64,000 nucleotides of DNA from Patescibacteria group bacterium. Its GTDB lineage: Bacteria; Patescibacteriota; Patescibacteriia; 2-12-FULL-60-25. This document shows, piece after piece, positions 31,628 to 43,500 of the stretch; position 1 is the stretch's first letter; every line of letters starts with the position of its first letter. The translations under genes and the position numbers were made by a program. The stretch covers positions 42,766 to 106,765 of the forward strand of contig JBAZKG010000003.1 in the NCBI GenBank assembly GCA_041650955.1, written 5' to 3'. Under the pieces are notes generated by a model. It searched no databases. It worked only from the letters and a program-made list of their open reading frames with translations, and was not told the DNA's origin.

Positions 31628-33445
31628 TTACGCCCCTGGTTGGGAAATGTCTTCGTTTTCCACCGCAATGGCGGCGACGCGGAGGACTTCTTCTACGGAA
31701 GTGAGCCCTTCAGTCGCCTTTAATAATCCGTCTTGTACCATGGTAATCATGCCCTGCTTAAAGGCGAGTTCATCGATGTGTGATGCGCTCACTTGTTCTG
31801 CCAGAATGGCCTCTTCCACTTCTTTATTCATGATAAATATTTCATAAATGCCGACGCGTCCTTTGTATCCAAGCCCATTGCACGCCTTACAATTCGCGGC
31901 TGGATTTGGGGGAGCGAAGAAGGACATCTTAGAGAGGTCTGCTTTGATGCCAGCGTTCGGCGGAATGTGATTCAACTCTTCTTTGACTTGCTCCATCAGC
32001 CCGGGATCAAGAGTGACTGGTACGCGGCATTCGGGACAGAGCTTGCGCACAAGGCGCTGGCCGATAATGGCATTCAAGGACGGTGCAAGCAGGAATGGTT
32101 TGACGCCCATGGAAATAAAGCGCGGAATTGCGCCGGAGGCGGAGTTTGTGTGAATCGTCGAAATGACAAGATGTCCGGTGAGCGCGGCTTGAATGGAAAT
32201 TTCCGCCGTTTCAAGATCGCGGATTTCTCCGACCATTACGATGTCCGGGTCCTGGCGAAGAATGGAGCGCAAACCAAGCGCGAACGTGTATCCTTTATCG
32301 TGCTGGATCTGGCTCTGATTGATTCCCTGAAGTTTATACTCCACCGGATCTTCAAGCGTAATGATTTTAACTTCCGGCGTATTCAGTTTATTGAGAATCG
32401 CGTAGAGCGTTGTTGTTTTTCCGGATCCGGTCGGACCGGTTGTAACAATCATGCCGTTCGGCTTTTCAATTTCACGCCGCAAATCTTCGAGTGCTTTGCC
32501 GCGCAGTCCGAGATTTTCAAATTCAAGTGCAATGGATTTCGGGCGAAGCAGGCGCATGACAACCGATTCTCCGTATGCCGTCGGTAAAAATGAAACGCGG
32601 ATATCCAGCTTTTCATCCGTGAGATAAATGGTGATGCGTCCGTCTTGCGGCACATCGGTGATATTGATTTTGACGCCGGAGAGCAGTTTGAGGCGGCTGA
32701 TAATTTGTTTCCATGACTCGCGCGCGAGCGAAGCGACATCTTGGAGAATCCCGTCGAGGCGAAACCGGATTTTAACGTCTTCCTCTTCCGCTTCCACGTG
32801 AATATCCGAGGCATTGCTGGTGAGCGCGGCTCCGAGTATGAGCGTGACAACATCCGTGGTTGAGACTTCAGTGATTCGCTTTTGCAAATCGCGGAAATTG
32901 CTGATCTCTTTGGCGTATTTTTCCAAATCTTTTTCTTCAATCCGGTAGCCATATGTCACTTCTCGTATTTCCGGAAGGGCGTCGTACAGCCGTTCTGCGC
33001 TGGCGAATGACGCATCGGAAACGAGATAGAGCGTTCCATGTCCGTATTGCTGTTTTGAGATGCGAGTCATGACCTCGTCGACGTCCGGCGACGGTTTTGT
33101 TGTTGCAAAGCGGAGCTCGTCTCCAAGGTGGAGGAAGCACATGACATGTTTTGCGCTTGCTTCTTCGTGCGGGATAAGTGAAAGAGCTTCCGGAGCAATT
33201 GGAAAACCGGAAAGATTCACATAAGGGAGTCCGGTCTTTTCCGCCTGCTTTTTTGCAAGTTCTTCGAGTTCGTTCAGCTTGATCTGCTGCATTTTTTCTT
33301 CCAGCTTTTCCTGCGAGCTTTTTTTCGAATCTGATTTTGACGTTTTTGCAACGATTTTTTTCACCGGCGTACTCGAAACATCCGAGGCGGGAGCCGCTCC
33401 GGATTTTTTCATCAAGTCTTCTATGGAAGTTGCGCGATTCGGCAT
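31628..33445 (-). CDS. pilB: Type IV pilus assembly / type II secretion ATPase (PilB/GspE family)
   Basis: 605 aa. T2SSE N-domain, Walker A GPTGSGKTTT, Asp box LRQDPDIVMVGEIRD, His box, and a C-terminal tetracysteine CPECR...CKACNGLGYKGR. Confidence 0.93.
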   Translation of the reverse strand: MPNRATSIEDLMKKSGAAPASDVSSTPVKKIVAKTSKSDSKKSSQEKLEEKMQQIKLNELEELAKKQAEKTGLPYVNLSGFPIAPEALSLIPHEEASAKHVMCFLHLGDELRFATTKPSPDVDEVMTRISKQQYGHGTLYLVSDASFASAERLYDALPEIREVTYGYRIEEKDLEKYAKEISNFRDLQKRITEVSTTDVVTLILGAALTSNASDIHVEAEEEDVKIRFRLDGILQDVASLARESWKQIISRLKLLSGVKINITDVPQDGRITIYLTDEKLDIRVSFLPTAYGESVVMRLLRPKSIALEFENLGLRGKALEDLRREIEKPNGMIVTTGPTGSGKTTTLYAILNKLNTPEVKIITLEDPVEYKLQGINQSQIQHDKGYTFALGLRSILRQDPDIVMVGEIRDLETAEISIQAALTGHLVISTIHTNSASGAIPRFISMGVKPFLLAPSLNAIIGQRLVRKLCPECRVPVTLDPGLMEQVKEELNHIPPNAGIKADLSKMSFFAPPNPAANCKACNGLGYKGRVGIYEIFIMNKEVEEAILAEQVSASHIDELAFKQGMITMVQDGLLKATEGLTSVEEVLRVAAIAVENEDISQPGA

Positions 33446-33451
33446 GGTGAG

Positions 33452-33545
33452 GAAGTCGATAAGTCGGTTAGTCGGTGAGTCGATGAGTGCTCCGACCGAC
33501 GGTATGAATACTTACCGACTCACCGACTTATCGACTGACCGACTC
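33452..33545. repeat. PPE, family B
   Basis: GAAGTCGATAAGTCGGTTAGTCGGTGAGTCGATGAGT ... CTTACCGACTCACCGACTTATCGACTGACCGACTC. Confidence 0.9.
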
Positions 33546-33550
33546 TATTT

Positions 33551-34561
33551 TTAAGCGCCGGGTACCTTGGTTTGATGCGTGAACGAACGAACGAGGCGAT
33601 GGAGCTTGGGAACAACGCCCCCTTCGCCAAAGCGACGAAACAAATATGTCCACGAGGCGTAGTTCAGGAGAACAATAAAGCCGAAAATTGCAATCGTGAG
33701 AACGAGAAACAGGGCAAGGAAGACAACAGTAACTGCGGCGAAGATGAATCCGGATTTTATGAGAGCGGCGGTGAAGAGAAGAATGCCGTAGGGGATTGCG
33801 AGCAGAAGGCCGCCGATGATGATGGCGATATATCCGGCGACGGAAATGAGAAAGAGTATCGCCCCGGTTTCCGTGGCAACGAGCCAGTGGCGCGAAAGAA
33901 GTGTGATCCCTCGTTCAATGCTTTGTGCCAGCGTAGCGCCCTGCAAGATCATGGCATTCAGAGCGAAGATATGGACGATAACAACGGCGATGGCTACGGC
34001 CGTAAAGAAGACAAAGGCAAAGATGTAGGCATAGAACGAACCGGATCCCGGGTTGGTCGAAACAAAGGCAAGAATAATCGCAACAAGCGACCGCAAAGCC
34101 ATGAGAACCGCAGAGGCGATGATATTCAACGCAAAGACCGGCCACATGGCTCGTGCGCCGACCATGAGCGCTTCGCGGATTGGAGGAGCTTCATTTTTCT
34201 TCGAGCCGACAGAATACACAAGGGCGGACTGCGCAATAACCGAAGCGGAATAGACTGCGAAGATAAGGATAAGAAGGAAAGCAGTCAGAAGAAAAACGTT
34301 CAGTGAACCAAAGATGAGCTGGGTGACGGAAAGATGCGACCACGTATTCTGGGCTTGCGCCAAAAACGGAGCAAAGGTCGTAACAATTGAACCCTGCGCG
34401 CCAAGGGCATTCAGCTTGCTCCAGACGACGTCATACAAGCTCCCTGTAAGAAGAAATCCGGCGATTGTGGCAAAGATCCACAATTTTTTCTCACGCCATG
34501 TAAATACAAACGCGTCTTTGAGAACCACGCGATACACGGGTTCGTTAAAAGGAGTAGCCAT
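33551..34561 (-). CDS. Hypothetical polytopic membrane protein
   Basis: 336 aa with 6-7 TM helices. No family recognised from sequence. Confidence 0.7.
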   Translation of the reverse strand: MATPFNEPVYRVVLKDAFVFTWREKKLWIFATIAGFLLTGSLYDVVWSKLNALGAQGSIVTTFAPFLAQAQNTWSHLSVTQLIFGSLNVFLLTAFLLILIFAVYSASVIAQSALVYSVGSKKNEAPPIREALMVGARAMWPVFALNIIASAVLMALRSLVAIILAFVSTNPGSGSFYAYIFAFVFFTAVAIAVVIVHIFALNAMILQGATLAQSIERGITLLSRHWLVATETGAILFLISVAGYIAIIIGGLLLAIPYGILLFTAALIKSGFIFAAVTVVFLALFLVLTIAIFGFIVLLNYASWTYLFRRFGEGGVVPKLHRLVRSFTHQTKVPGA

Positions 34562-34585
34562 ACGGGGATAGTATAGCAGGAGGTG

Positions 34586-34750
34586 GTAGCTAGGAGCTAG
34601 TAGCTGGTAGCTAGGGCTATTTAGATGGGATTATTTTTAATATGAAGTTTAGACGATGAATATTTTGAATCCAAATCAAAATCCGACCCTTTTACAGGTC
34701 AGATTTGAATTCTTTCTTCCCAGCTTCTAGCTACCAGCTACTAGATGCTA
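34586..34750. repeat. PPE, family E, with ~100-nt AT-rich loop containing the probable ftsH terminator
   Basis: GGTAGCTAGGAGCTAGTAGCTGGTAGCTAGGG ... CCCAGCTTCTAGCTACCAGCTACTAGATGCTA. The right arm provides the ftsH stop codon (..AENSI-TAG). Confidence 0.85.
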
Positions 34751-36573
34751 TTTTCCGCATTCGCCGGCGGGATTCCCAAGGCATCGTAGAACGCCTTGCG
34801 TTCCAGGGTTTCCTTTTCAAGAAGGATGTCGGTAACACGGTCGATGTCCGCCTTGTGCTCTTCGATGATGTTTGTCGCCACCACGAGCGCTTCATCAATC
34901 AAGCGGTCAACTTCGTTGTCGATGATCTCGGCCGTGTGTTCGGAGTAGTTGCGGTTTTCGTGGATTTCGCGACCAAGAAAGATCATGTCTTCCTGCTCGC
35001 CGAATACGCGCGGTCCGAGTTTGTCGGACATGCCCCACTGCGTAACCATTTTGCGCGCGAGTTTGGTCGCTTCCCGCATGTCGCTCGACGGGCCGGTTGT
35101 GGTTTGTTTGTAATACGCGCGTTCTGCGGCAAATCCGCCCAGCATCATCGCGAGTTCTTCTTCGTACTCCTCGCGCGTTTTCATGTTGCGGTCTTCGAGC
35201 GGCATTTTGAGCGTGTATCCAGCCGCATGCCCGCGCGAAATGATGGAAACTTTTTGAATCGGATCCGCGTGAGGCAAAAGGTGTCCGACAATCGCATGGC
35301 CAAGCTCGTGAATCGCAGTCTTCCGCTTTTCAAACGCATTCATGATATGGCTTTTTCGTTCCGGCCCGAGTAAAACTTTTTCAATGGAATCGAGCAAGGT
35401 CTGCATGGAAATTTTCGGTTCATTCGCCCGCGCCGTTGCGATCGCTCCTTCGTTCAGAATATTCGCCAAGTCCGCGCCGCTAAATCCAGGCGTTCGCTCG
35501 GCAATTTTGCGCATATTCACATCATCGGCAAGTGGCTTGTCTTTTGCGTGAACCGTCAAAATCGCTTCGCGGTCATTAATATCCGGCATGTCCAAAATTA
35601 CGCGGCGGTCGAATCGTCCGGGCCGAAGCAAAGCCGGGTCAAGCACATCCGGACGGTTGGTTGCCGCAAGAACGATGACGCCCAAATTCGGCTCAAACCC
35701 GTCCATTTCCGTCAGGATCTGGTTCAAAGTCTGTTCGCGTTCATCATGCGACCCGCCAAGTCCGGATCCGCGCTGACGGCCGACCGCATCAATTTCATCA
35801 ATGAACACGATGCAGGGCTTTGCCTTTTTTGCGCGCGCAAACAAATCGCGCACGCGGCTTGCGCCGACGCCCACGAACATTTCCACGAATTCAGATCCGC
35901 TCATGTGAAAGAACGGAACATTCGCTTCGCCGGCAACAGCTCGCGCGAGAAGCGTCTTGCCGATTCCCGGCGCGCCCATAAGCAGAACGCCTTTTGGAAT
36001 TTTCGCGCCGACTTTTTTGAATGATTCCGGCTCTTTTAAGAACTCGACAATTTCCAAGAGTTCGCTTTTTGCTTCTTTTGCGCCTGCAACGTCTTCGAAC
36101 GTGACGCGTCCGGTATCGCCCTTTTGAATTTCACGAGCCGTTGACTGGCCAAAACTCATCGCGCGGTTATTCTGTCCCTGGATCATCCGGAAGAACAACC
36201 ACATGAGCACGCCAATAAGGATAATCGGAAGGATGTTCTGAATCACAAGGCTTGTCCAATACGCGGCTCCGGTCATTTCCTGAATGTCGGTTTTGACTTC
36301 GCGCGCTTTGTCCGGCGACACGCCATAATCCGAAAGCACTGAACTGAAGGACTGTGTTGATTCTTTCGTAGCGACAGCGGTTGACCCGTCTTTCATCGTG
36401 GCTGTGACTTTTGGTCCATTCACGATTACGGATGCCACTTGCTCTTGCTGGATGTCATTTGCAAGCGTTGCGATATCGACCGTTTTCGGCTTCTGGATAT
36501 TCACGCTCGCCAAAAGAATGCCCACAAGGACAAGGGCTCCGAAAAAGAAGAGGATGGTTCGGAGATGCTTCAT
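34741..36573 (-). CDS. ftsH: ATP-dependent zinc metalloprotease FtsH
   Basis: 610 aa. Walker [32 protein letters not shown], zinc site HELGHAIV. Confidence 0.97.
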   Translation of the reverse strand: MKHLRTILFFFGALVLVGILLASVNIQKPKTVDIATLANDIQQEQVASVIVNGPKVTATMKDGSTAVATKESTQSFSSVLSDYGVSPDKAREVKTDIQEMTGAAYWTSLVIQNILPIILIGVLMWLFFRMIQGQNNRAMSFGQSTAREIQKGDTGRVTFEDVAGAKEAKSELLEIVEFLKEPESFKKVGAKIPKGVLLMGAPGIGKTLLARAVAGEANVPFFHMSGSEFVEMFVGVGASRVRDLFARAKKAKPCIVFIDEIDAVGRQRGSGLGGSHDEREQTLNQILTEMDGFEPNLGVIVLAATNRPDVLDPALLRPGRFDRRVILDMPDINDREAILTVHAKDKPLADDVNMRKIAERTPGFSGADLANILNEGAIATARANEPKISMQTLLDSIEKVLLGPERKSHIMNAFEKRKTAIHELGHAIVGHLLPHADPIQKVSIISRGHAAGYTLKMPLEDRNMKTREEYEEELAMMLGGFAAERAYYKQTTTGPSSDMREATKLARKMVTQWGMSDKLGPRVFGEQEDMIFLGREIHENRNYSEHTAEIIDNEVDRLIDEALVVATNIIEEHKADIDRVTDILLEKETLERKAFYDALGIPPANAENSI

Positions 36574-36576
36574 ATT

Positions 36577-36663
36577 TTGTTGCGTGGTTACGCGGTTGCG
36601 TCGTTGCGTAGTATCTCACTGCGTAGCGATCCTACGCAACCACGCAACGACGTCCAACGCAAC
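36577..36663. repeat. PPE, family F
   Basis: TTGTTGCGTGGTTACGCGGTTGCGTCGTTGCGTAG ... CTACGCAACCACGCAACGACGTCCAACGCAAC. Confidence 0.9.
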
Positions 36664-36669
36664 TGCTAC

Positions 36670-37755
36670 TTATTCCGCCTTATCGCGACGGAGCGAGAGT
36701 CCGAGGCGATGATTTTCCGGATCGATGGAAACGATCGTAAAGTCGAATTCGTCTCCGATGCGCGCAAATTCATTTACGTCGCGAACTGGCTTGTTTGAGA
36801 GTTCAGAGATATGGGCGAGTCCGTGGATTTCCGGATCAAGTTCCACAAAGAGTCCGAACGGATTGATCTTCAAGACTTTGCCGGAGATCTTTTGTCCGAG
36901 CTTGTACTTCGCCGTTACGCGCCGCCACGGGTCTTCGATCAAGCGCTTCATGGAGAGGAAAATTTTCGCTCCTTCGATATTGATGATTTCCGCGCGCACA
37001 CGGTCGCCGAGTTTCAGGATTTCTCGCGGATCTTCGATGCGCTGCCATGCGATTTCCGAAATATGCACGAGCCCTTCCAGATTTTCGTCAAAGCGTACGA
37101 ATGCGCCAAAGTCCGTCACAGCCGTCACATCGCCTTCGACCGCATCGCCGACTTTATACTTCGAGACCACGGTTTCCTGTTTTGTTTCCCAGAGCGCTTT
37201 TTCGCTCACAATCAATTTATCTTCTTCCTCATTCACGTCGATAATTTTGACATCCATTGTCTTGCCGACAAGGTCGCGAAGCTTTTCAAGAATCTTCGTC
37301 TTTTCTCCGCCGGTCACGCGCGGATAATTTTCCGGAGAAAGCTGGGAGACCGGAAGAAACGCCGTCGATGCATCAAGGCGAACCATCAAACCGCCTTTGT
37401 TCGCTTCGATGATCTTTGCCGGAATCGGATTGCCAGCGGTGAAGAGTTCGCGCAAAACATCCCATGAGCGCTTTCGGCCTGCGCCGCGGAGCGAGAGTTC
37501 GATTTCGCCGACTTCGTTATCAAGTTCAATGACCGTGGCTTCGACTTCGTCGCCAACATGAAGAACGACGCCGGATTCAAGTTCCGGGCCGCGGACGATG
37601 CCGATGGCAACGCCGTTCACGTCAATGCGAACTTCGTTTCTGCCGACGGCGATGACAACTCCTTTTATAACATCTCCGGCTTTCGGAAATGCCACGAGTT
37701 CGTTATGGTCGGCAATAAGCTTGCCGAATTCGGTTGTTGCTACTGGTTGAGACAT
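36670..37755 (-). CDS. rpsA: 30S ribosomal protein S1-like protein (four S1 domains)
   Basis: 361 aa. Repeated S1/OB modules (GDVIKGVVIAV.., GNPIPAKIIEA.., GDAVEGDVTAVTDFGAFVRF.., GQKISGKVLKINPFGLFVEL..GLAHISE). Confidence 0.9.
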   Translation of the reverse strand: MSQPVATTEFGKLIADHNELVAFPKAGDVIKGVVIAVGRNEVRIDVNGVAIGIVRGPELESGVVLHVGDEVEATVIELDNEVGEIELSLRGAGRKRSWDVLRELFTAGNPIPAKIIEANKGGLMVRLDASTAFLPVSQLSPENYPRVTGGEKTKILEKLRDLVGKTMDVKIIDVNEEEDKLIVSEKALWETKQETVVSKYKVGDAVEGDVTAVTDFGAFVRFDENLEGLVHISEIAWQRIEDPREILKLGDRVRAEIINIEGAKIFLSMKRLIEDPWRRVTAKYKLGQKISGKVLKINPFGLFVELDPEIHGLAHISELSNKPVRDVNEFARIGDEFDFTIVSIDPENHRLGLSLRRDKAE

Positions 37756-37790
37756 AGGTTTGTGAGGAAACGCGCGGTGGATCGATGTGA

Positions 37791-37873
37791 GAAGAAGAGA
37801 AGTTAGAAGATAGAAGTTAGAAGTTAGAGATGAATAATCTCTTCACATTCTATCTTCTAACTTCTATCTTCTA
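37791..37873. repeat. PPE, family D (imperfect)
   Basis: GAAGAAGAGAAGTTAGAAGATAGAAGTTAGAAGTTAGAGA ... TCTCTTCACATTCTATCTTCTAACTTCTATCTTCTA. Confidence 0.85.
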
Positions 37874-38045
37874 TTTCAACATCCAGTCCTACCGAGTGCC
37901 CTCTTATATTAGCCGTTCCCATCAACCTTCACAGGGAATCAGCCGCGGGCCTCCGTATTAAGGAGATAGAGCCTAGGGCTCGCACCGCATGAGTTAATAA
38001 TAATGAAGGTAAAAGGAGGGTACAGGAAATCGTGTATTTTGGCAA

Positions 38046-38127
38046 GTAGGGGCACGCCGCTGGCGTGCCCTTCTTGAGGATTGTGTAGGGGCGTCCGCCG
38101 CGGCGGACTGTGCGCCCTTGGGGAAGT
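38046..38127. repeat. Two REP variants in tandem
   Basis: GTAGGGGCACGCCGCTGGCGTGCCC and GTAGGGGCGTCCGCCGCGGCGGACTGTGCGCCC. Both have the same GTAGGGGC head with different palindromic stems. Confidence 0.85.
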
Positions 38128-38235
38128 CAACAACGCTTTTTATTAAATGATTTGATTGCTATCATGGGTGCAATGTGAATCATGGAATGAACGGTTTTCC
38201 TCCCCACTCCCTTCTACCCACTCCTCACTTTTTCT

Positions 38236-39633
38236 ATGGCAGACACGAAACCGTATGATCCGTCGTTTGGCGGCGACAAGCGCGTCGTCTCGATTGATCG
38301 ATATCGACGGCAGAAAGAGCCGACGCCGGAAGCCGCGCTGAAACAACAGGAATTAGAGACGAATCGTGAACGGCTGGAAAAACAATTTAATGCATTGGAA
38401 TTGAAGACGAGAATGATTTCCGGCGTTGCGGATGTCCTTGCTTTATATCCGCTGGATGCGTCGGAAGAACAGCGTCGCGAGGCTTTGCTCGAAGCTGTTC
38501 GCACTTCGTTCGAAGCATTGCCCCCGCACATACAGGCTCTTGCCGAAGGCATGGTCCCTCGAATCGAACAGTCATTCACGCATGAGAATCCGGAATCGAT
38601 GCAATCCGTTGAATCAAAAGAAGATCTTCTTTCACACGCTTCTTCGGAAACGATACAAATGATTTCCTCTTTTTGGGATCGCGTGAATTCGGAAGAAGAG
38701 CTTCCGTTTGACGAGTCGGAAGGATTAAGCGCTGACATTTTGGAAGAGAAGCGCGCGCATATTCTTGAATTGCTCACGACTCCGGAATCGAAAGAGCCGT
38801 CAAAAGTGGATGCATGCATTCGTGTGATTGATGAAGCCATCCATACCGTGCGGCGTTATACGAGTCCGGGCTCTCTCTCGCTCTTAAAAAGAATTCGCGA
38901 GGATGCGATCAAGACGATTTCGAAAGATATTGCCTCTGGCCGTCTATTCGATGGCGAGCGCGCTTTTTTTTCGTATCTCGTTCGATATTCCGACCTCATT
39001 GAAGAGCATCCTGTATTAAAAGACAATGTTGCAAATACGTACGCGGTACGCGAAGTCTTGCCGATACGAGTCGTCAAATCTCCTGAAAAAAACACAGACA
39101 CCCTTACGGATGAATCCTTTGAAACAGAAGAATATTCGCGAAGTTTTCCATTCATTAACGAACAAATCACTGCAGTTCAGCTCCCGCAAGAATTGATAGC
39201 GGGATTCATGGAAACGCATGCATTATCTTCGCGTGCAGAAATTGCACTCGAAAAAATTGTCCGTCTTATCAAAGATCTGCGCTTGCTCGCTTCGTATAAC
39301 GCTTCTGAAGATCCAAACGATGAAGTTGATGCTTCTTCGGAACAGGCATTTCGTGACGCGAATGAAATTGAGCGTCAGATTCTGCGCGTCTTTCAAATGA
39401 TACGGCGCATTCGAAGCTTGGAAGAAGTTGGAACAGAGGATGAGGATCGTTTTATCGAAACAATATGCTATTGCGTTCCGCCGTCGGAATATGCAGACGT
39501 TGTCCTCTTCGCAAGACAGCGGATGCGATTGGATCCGCCAATGGATTTATTGCAAAAACAGGAAGAACAAGAACGAAAAGACGCTCTAGCCGAATATGAA
39601 AACGTCGCCGGATTCACCGCTTTAACATCTTGA
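38236..39633 (+). CDS. Hypothetical acidic, helix-rich cytoplasmic protein
   Basis: 465-aa uninterrupted ORF with protein-like composition and no recognisable domain. Confidence 0.7.
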   Translation: MADTKPYDPSFGGDKRVVSIDRYRRQKEPTPEAALKQQELETNRERLEKQFNALELKTRMISGVADVLALYPLDASEEQRREALLEAVRTSFEALPPHIQALAEGMVPRIEQSFTHENPESMQSVESKEDLLSHASSETIQMISSFWDRVNSEEELPFDESEGLSADILEEKRAHILELLTTPESKEPSKVDACIRVIDEAIHTVRRYTSPGSLSLLKRIREDAIKTISKDIASGRLFDGERAFFSYLVRYSDLIEEHPVLKDNVANTYAVREVLPIRVVKSPEKNTDTLTDESFETEEYSRSFPFINEQITAVQLPQELIAGFMETHALSSRAEIALEKIVRLIKDLRLLASYNASEDPNDEVDASSEQAFRDANEIERQILRVFQMIRRIRSLEEVGTEDEDRFIETICYCVPPSEYADVVLFARQRMRLDPPMDLLQKQEEQERKDALAEYENVAGFTALTS

Positions 39634-39653
39634 TCATCCGACTTGCTATACTT

Positions 39654-39729
39654 ATGGTAGGTGGTAGGTCGTAGGTGGTAGGTGGAAAATTTCCTCTTAC
39701 CACCTACCACCTACCACCTACCACCTACT
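39654..39729. repeat. PPE, family J (7-nt unit GGTAGGT)
   Basis: ATGGTAGGTGGTAGGTCGTAGGTGGTAGGTGG / AAAATTTCCTCTTA / CCACCTACCACCTACCACCTACCACCTACT. Confidence 0.9.
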
Positions 39730-39735
39730 AATTTT

Positions 39736-40416
39736 ATGTCCGACCTCTATCTCAACCTCCACGACCGACTCGCACTCACGGACTTCATGCTCGAAGCCGT
39801 GGAGTATTTGGAGCCGAATGATCCATTGCGGGAACGCGTGGACCACGTGGCAGATGCGGCGATTCATGGCGGGGACGTATCCATCGAAACCTTAAATGAG
39901 ATCGCGCGCGAAACCGCACGGGCGTCATGGCCTGCGCGGATCGCCGTGGTACGGTATCTCAAGACCCCGGAAGGAAAGCAAGAAGAATGGCGGCGGGTGC
40001 TTGCGGCCGTGAGCAATTCTACCGAACATTTACTCGAACGGTTCCGCGGAAGCATTAAAAAAGAAACATTGCAGGAGGTTTTGGACCATGAGGAATCGCA
40101 AACCGTATTGCACGAAGCCGAGCGCATTGAAATTCAGGAAGTGCTCCGCCACATTCTGCCTTCGATTTGGAAGGATAAGAAAAAAGAGCTTCTCGCGTCT
40201 GCGAAATCAGCAAAGGATGAATTAGGAAAGCTCGAAGAGCTTTTGACTGCACTCCGCCGGGTCGCATCCCAGGAAGGGACCCTGAACCCAGACGAAATCG
40301 AATCCAAAGTCGTCCACTACGAAGATCGCATTTACTACGAAGGCGAGGAAGTGCCAGCAGAGATTCTGGAGCAGGAAGTCGGGTTTTATTTGGATGAAAG
40401 GGAGATCACACAGTAG
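39736..40416 (+). CDS. Hypothetical helical protein
   Basis: ATG 39736 (MSDLYLNLHDRL...). The track start 39682 reads through the PPE. 226 aa, no recognised family. The TAG stop lies inside the next PPE. Confidence 0.7.
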   Translation: MSDLYLNLHDRLALTDFMLEAVEYLEPNDPLRERVDHVADAAIHGGDVSIETLNEIARETARASWPARIAVVRYLKTPEGKQEEWRRVLAAVSNSTEHLLERFRGSIKKETLQEVLDHEESQTVLHEAERIEIQEVLRHILPSIWKDKKKELLASAKSAKDELGKLEELLTALRRVASQEGTLNPDEIESKVVHYEDRIYYEGEEVPAEILEQEVGFYLDEREITQ

Positions 40417-40495
40417 CTAGTAGCTGGTAGCTGGTAGCTGGGAAGATCCGGAAGAAATTTTCTTCCCAGCTTCTAGCTTCTAGCTACTAGCTACT
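40412..40495. repeat. PPE, family E
   Basis: AGTAGCTAGTAGCTGGTAGCTGGTAGCTGGGAAGA / TCCGGAAGAAATTT / TCTTCCCAGCTTCTAGCTTCTAGCTACTAGCTACT. Confidence 0.9.
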
Positions 40496-40508
40496 TTTTC
40501 ATAAAAAC

Positions 40509-40538
40509 AAAAACCGTTCGCTTGCGTGGACGGTTTTT
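40509..40538. terminator. Bidirectional terminator between convergent genes
   Basis: AAAACCGT..ACGGTTTT hairpin flanked by A5/T5 runs. Confidence 0.7.
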
Positions 40539-40554
40539 GATGGCAATGACGCGG

Positions 40555-43500
40555 TTACTTTTTATAGATCGTCTTATACCCCGTTGTAATCGAATTTCCT
40601 GTTTTGTCAGTCATGACAGCCGCATAGCTGAACGATGTGTCGTAGAAGTTCGTGCTGACGACCGTACTGCAAGAGATGGCATTCGTACAGGTTTTGACGC
40701 GCGAGCCGTTTGCAAGAATGTCGATGCGCGCCACGCCGTCCGGATCGTATGCCGCGGCCGCGAGCGTGATGGCGTTGTTTGCGGTGTAACCAGATTCATG
40801 ATCCGAGTTCACCGAAACCCAGCCGTTTGTGACATCGCTTCCGCTCGTCGTTCCATTGCCAGTCGTGTTCGACGCGGTGCAGGCCGTTCCAGAACAAGAC
40901 GTCCCGCTGATAGAAATCGTCTTTCCCGTGGTCCATGCCGTTGCTCCGCCATTGCTCTTAGCAACGCCGTTGACGAATATGGATGTACCAGTTTGATACG
41001 AGGATCCGTTCAATGTGACCGAGCAGTCCTGATTTCCTGTTCCACTCGAATAACACGTCTTTGCAACATTTCCGTTCACGTAGATGACAACGGATGAAAT
41101 GCCTCGCGATGCCCATGAACCGATGTGGTAGGCCGTTGTCGCGTTCGGTCCGAGCGCATCAACTGTCGGTTCAATCCAGTCCCACACGTTAACCGTATCG
41201 GGATTTGTTGTGTTAGAAGTCGTTGTATTTGACGAAGTATTATTTGATGTCGCCGCCGCATTCATCGCAATCGTATGGCTGTCCGTCCATGTGGCATTGC
41301 CGTTTGCATCTGTCACTTTTGCGTTGAGATATACGCTCGTTCCGGCGCTGTATCCATTTGCAGAGATTGTTACCGCACATGACTGATTCCCCGTTCCGCT
41401 GACCCAGCAGGTTTTGATCGTGTTGCCATTTGCCATCATGTCGATTTTGCTCAAGCCGTCGCTATCCTGCGCGCCAACATTGAACGTTGTTGAATCTCCG
41501 CGATTCATCGACGTCACGTCTGGATCGAGCCAGGTCCATGCATTCGTTGTCCCGTTATTTGTCGAGTTTGACGTGTTTGAGTTCGAAGTATCTGTCCCGC
41601 GATAGAGTGTTCGGCTGTCCGTCCATGTGATGTTTCCGTTTGCATCCGTCACTTTGGCGTTCACGAAAATGCCAGTATTTTGGGAATAGCTGTTGCCGTA
41701 AATGGTTGCCGCGCATGTCTGGTTTCCGGTTCCGCTTACCCAGCAGGTTTTGATGATGTTGTCGTTTGCAATGATTTCAATTTTGCTCAATCCGTCATTA
41801 TCCTGTGCTCCCACATTGAATGTAATCGAATCGGTCGAAGCGAGCGTTGTCTGATTCGAACTCAACCAGATCCATGTATTTGCCGTGGTTCCAGAATTCG
41901 AAGAGGTATTAGAAGCGTCGCTATTCGTATTCCGATAGATATTTGTTACGGGGATCCATTCCTCCGCTCCAGAAATTTTCACAATGCGGGCATTCAGTGC
42001 AATCGTCGTTCCTTGGGAGAAATTGTTCGCTACAATGTCTGCGATGCAGGTTTGACCCTGGGAGTATGTTGGGCACGTTTTGATGATATTTCCGTTTGCA
42101 TATATATCGACCCGCTTTACATTATTCGGATCGGAAGCGACGCTGGTGTAAGCCGCATTAACGATATAGGCCGTTGATTCGCCAGCATTCAGCGTTGTAA
42201 CATTCGGACTCAGTCGGCTGGAAAAGCCCGAAGAAGAATAAACATACGCAGAATTCGTCGATCCTGTATCTGAATTGCGATGAATAGTGGTCGTCTGCGT
42301 CCATGAATCCAATCCCGAACCATCAATGATATGCGCGTTCACGGCAATACCCGTTCCCTGCGTGTAATTGCCGGCATAAAGCGATGCGGTGCAGGTTTGA
42401 TTTCCGGTTGCATTATAGAGGTTGCAGGTTTTTACGATGTTGCCGTTCACGTAGATATCGACTTTATTGATACCGTTCGCGTCGTACGCACCAACGTTGA
42501 AGGATGCGGTGTCTCCGCTGTTCAATGCCGTCGTATTCGGATCAAACCAAGTCCAGCTGGTAATGCCGGAACCGGATGTGGTTTGCGTATTCGTCGTATT
42601 CGAGGTGACGGTTCCGTCTGCCGTAGCTGAACTGTTCGTATCAACCGTCAATACATCCGGCGTTCCGCTGGTGTCCGTAGAATATCCATTTTTATCCGTC
42701 GCACGCGTGTAGAAGGAAATCGTTCGTGTTGCGGCATTTTTGGTGTAATACGTATTGCGGAATTCGCACACGCTGTCATTACATGTCTTGATAAGCGCGC
42801 CGTTTACGTAGATGTCGATGCGATCAATGCCATTCGTATCCGATGCGGAAACGCGGTATGCGAATTCCTTTCCGTTTCCAATGCGGAATCCGGACGGATT
42901 TCCCTGAATCGTCACGCGCGGCCCATTGCTCGATGTGTATACGCGATCCCCGCCAAAACTGCCGTTTGATGTGACTGCGGTTTCATTCGCATTAGTTGTT
43001 TGGTTATTTTCCCGGACTTCTACGAGTTTTGCCGTGAGCGGATATGTCGGCTGATCGTTATCTACCGTTGAAACAGCTCCGCCAAGATAGAAGTGCCCAT
43101 TGTCATCTCCCGCGACGGTTGTGAAATAGTCGCGCATAATTCCAAGATAACTTACGGAAGCCGTATTATTATCATCTGTAAAACGATAGACATGTTTATT
43201 ATTTACAATAACCATCCATGACACGCCATTCCATGCCATGTTTACGTTTTGCATGTCTGTATTATTGAAGACATCCGTCCACGCAGGTGCATTTACTGTA
43301 TAACCATCGGTAGATCTGTAGATGCGCGGAGATGGGCCGGAAGAAGAGGCGGCTCCGCCAAAAATGTATGCTTTGTTTCCATTCGAGACGATTTTGGAAA
43401 GAGAAGTAAAGTCCGCGTTCGACGAAGAGATGATAGTAAAATTGCTTCCGTCGAAGCGGTAAACGAGCACTTGCGGAATTCCGTAAGTGGCATTGGTCAC

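Noticed and set aside
37880-38045. The structured-looking region upstream of rpsA (hairpins GAGCC-CTAG-GGCTC and CTCC..GGAG), considered as an S1 autoregulatory leader or ncRNA.
   Set aside because: I found no clear promoter or terminator and no match to any RNA family I can recall. It may simply be the rpsA 5' UTR.
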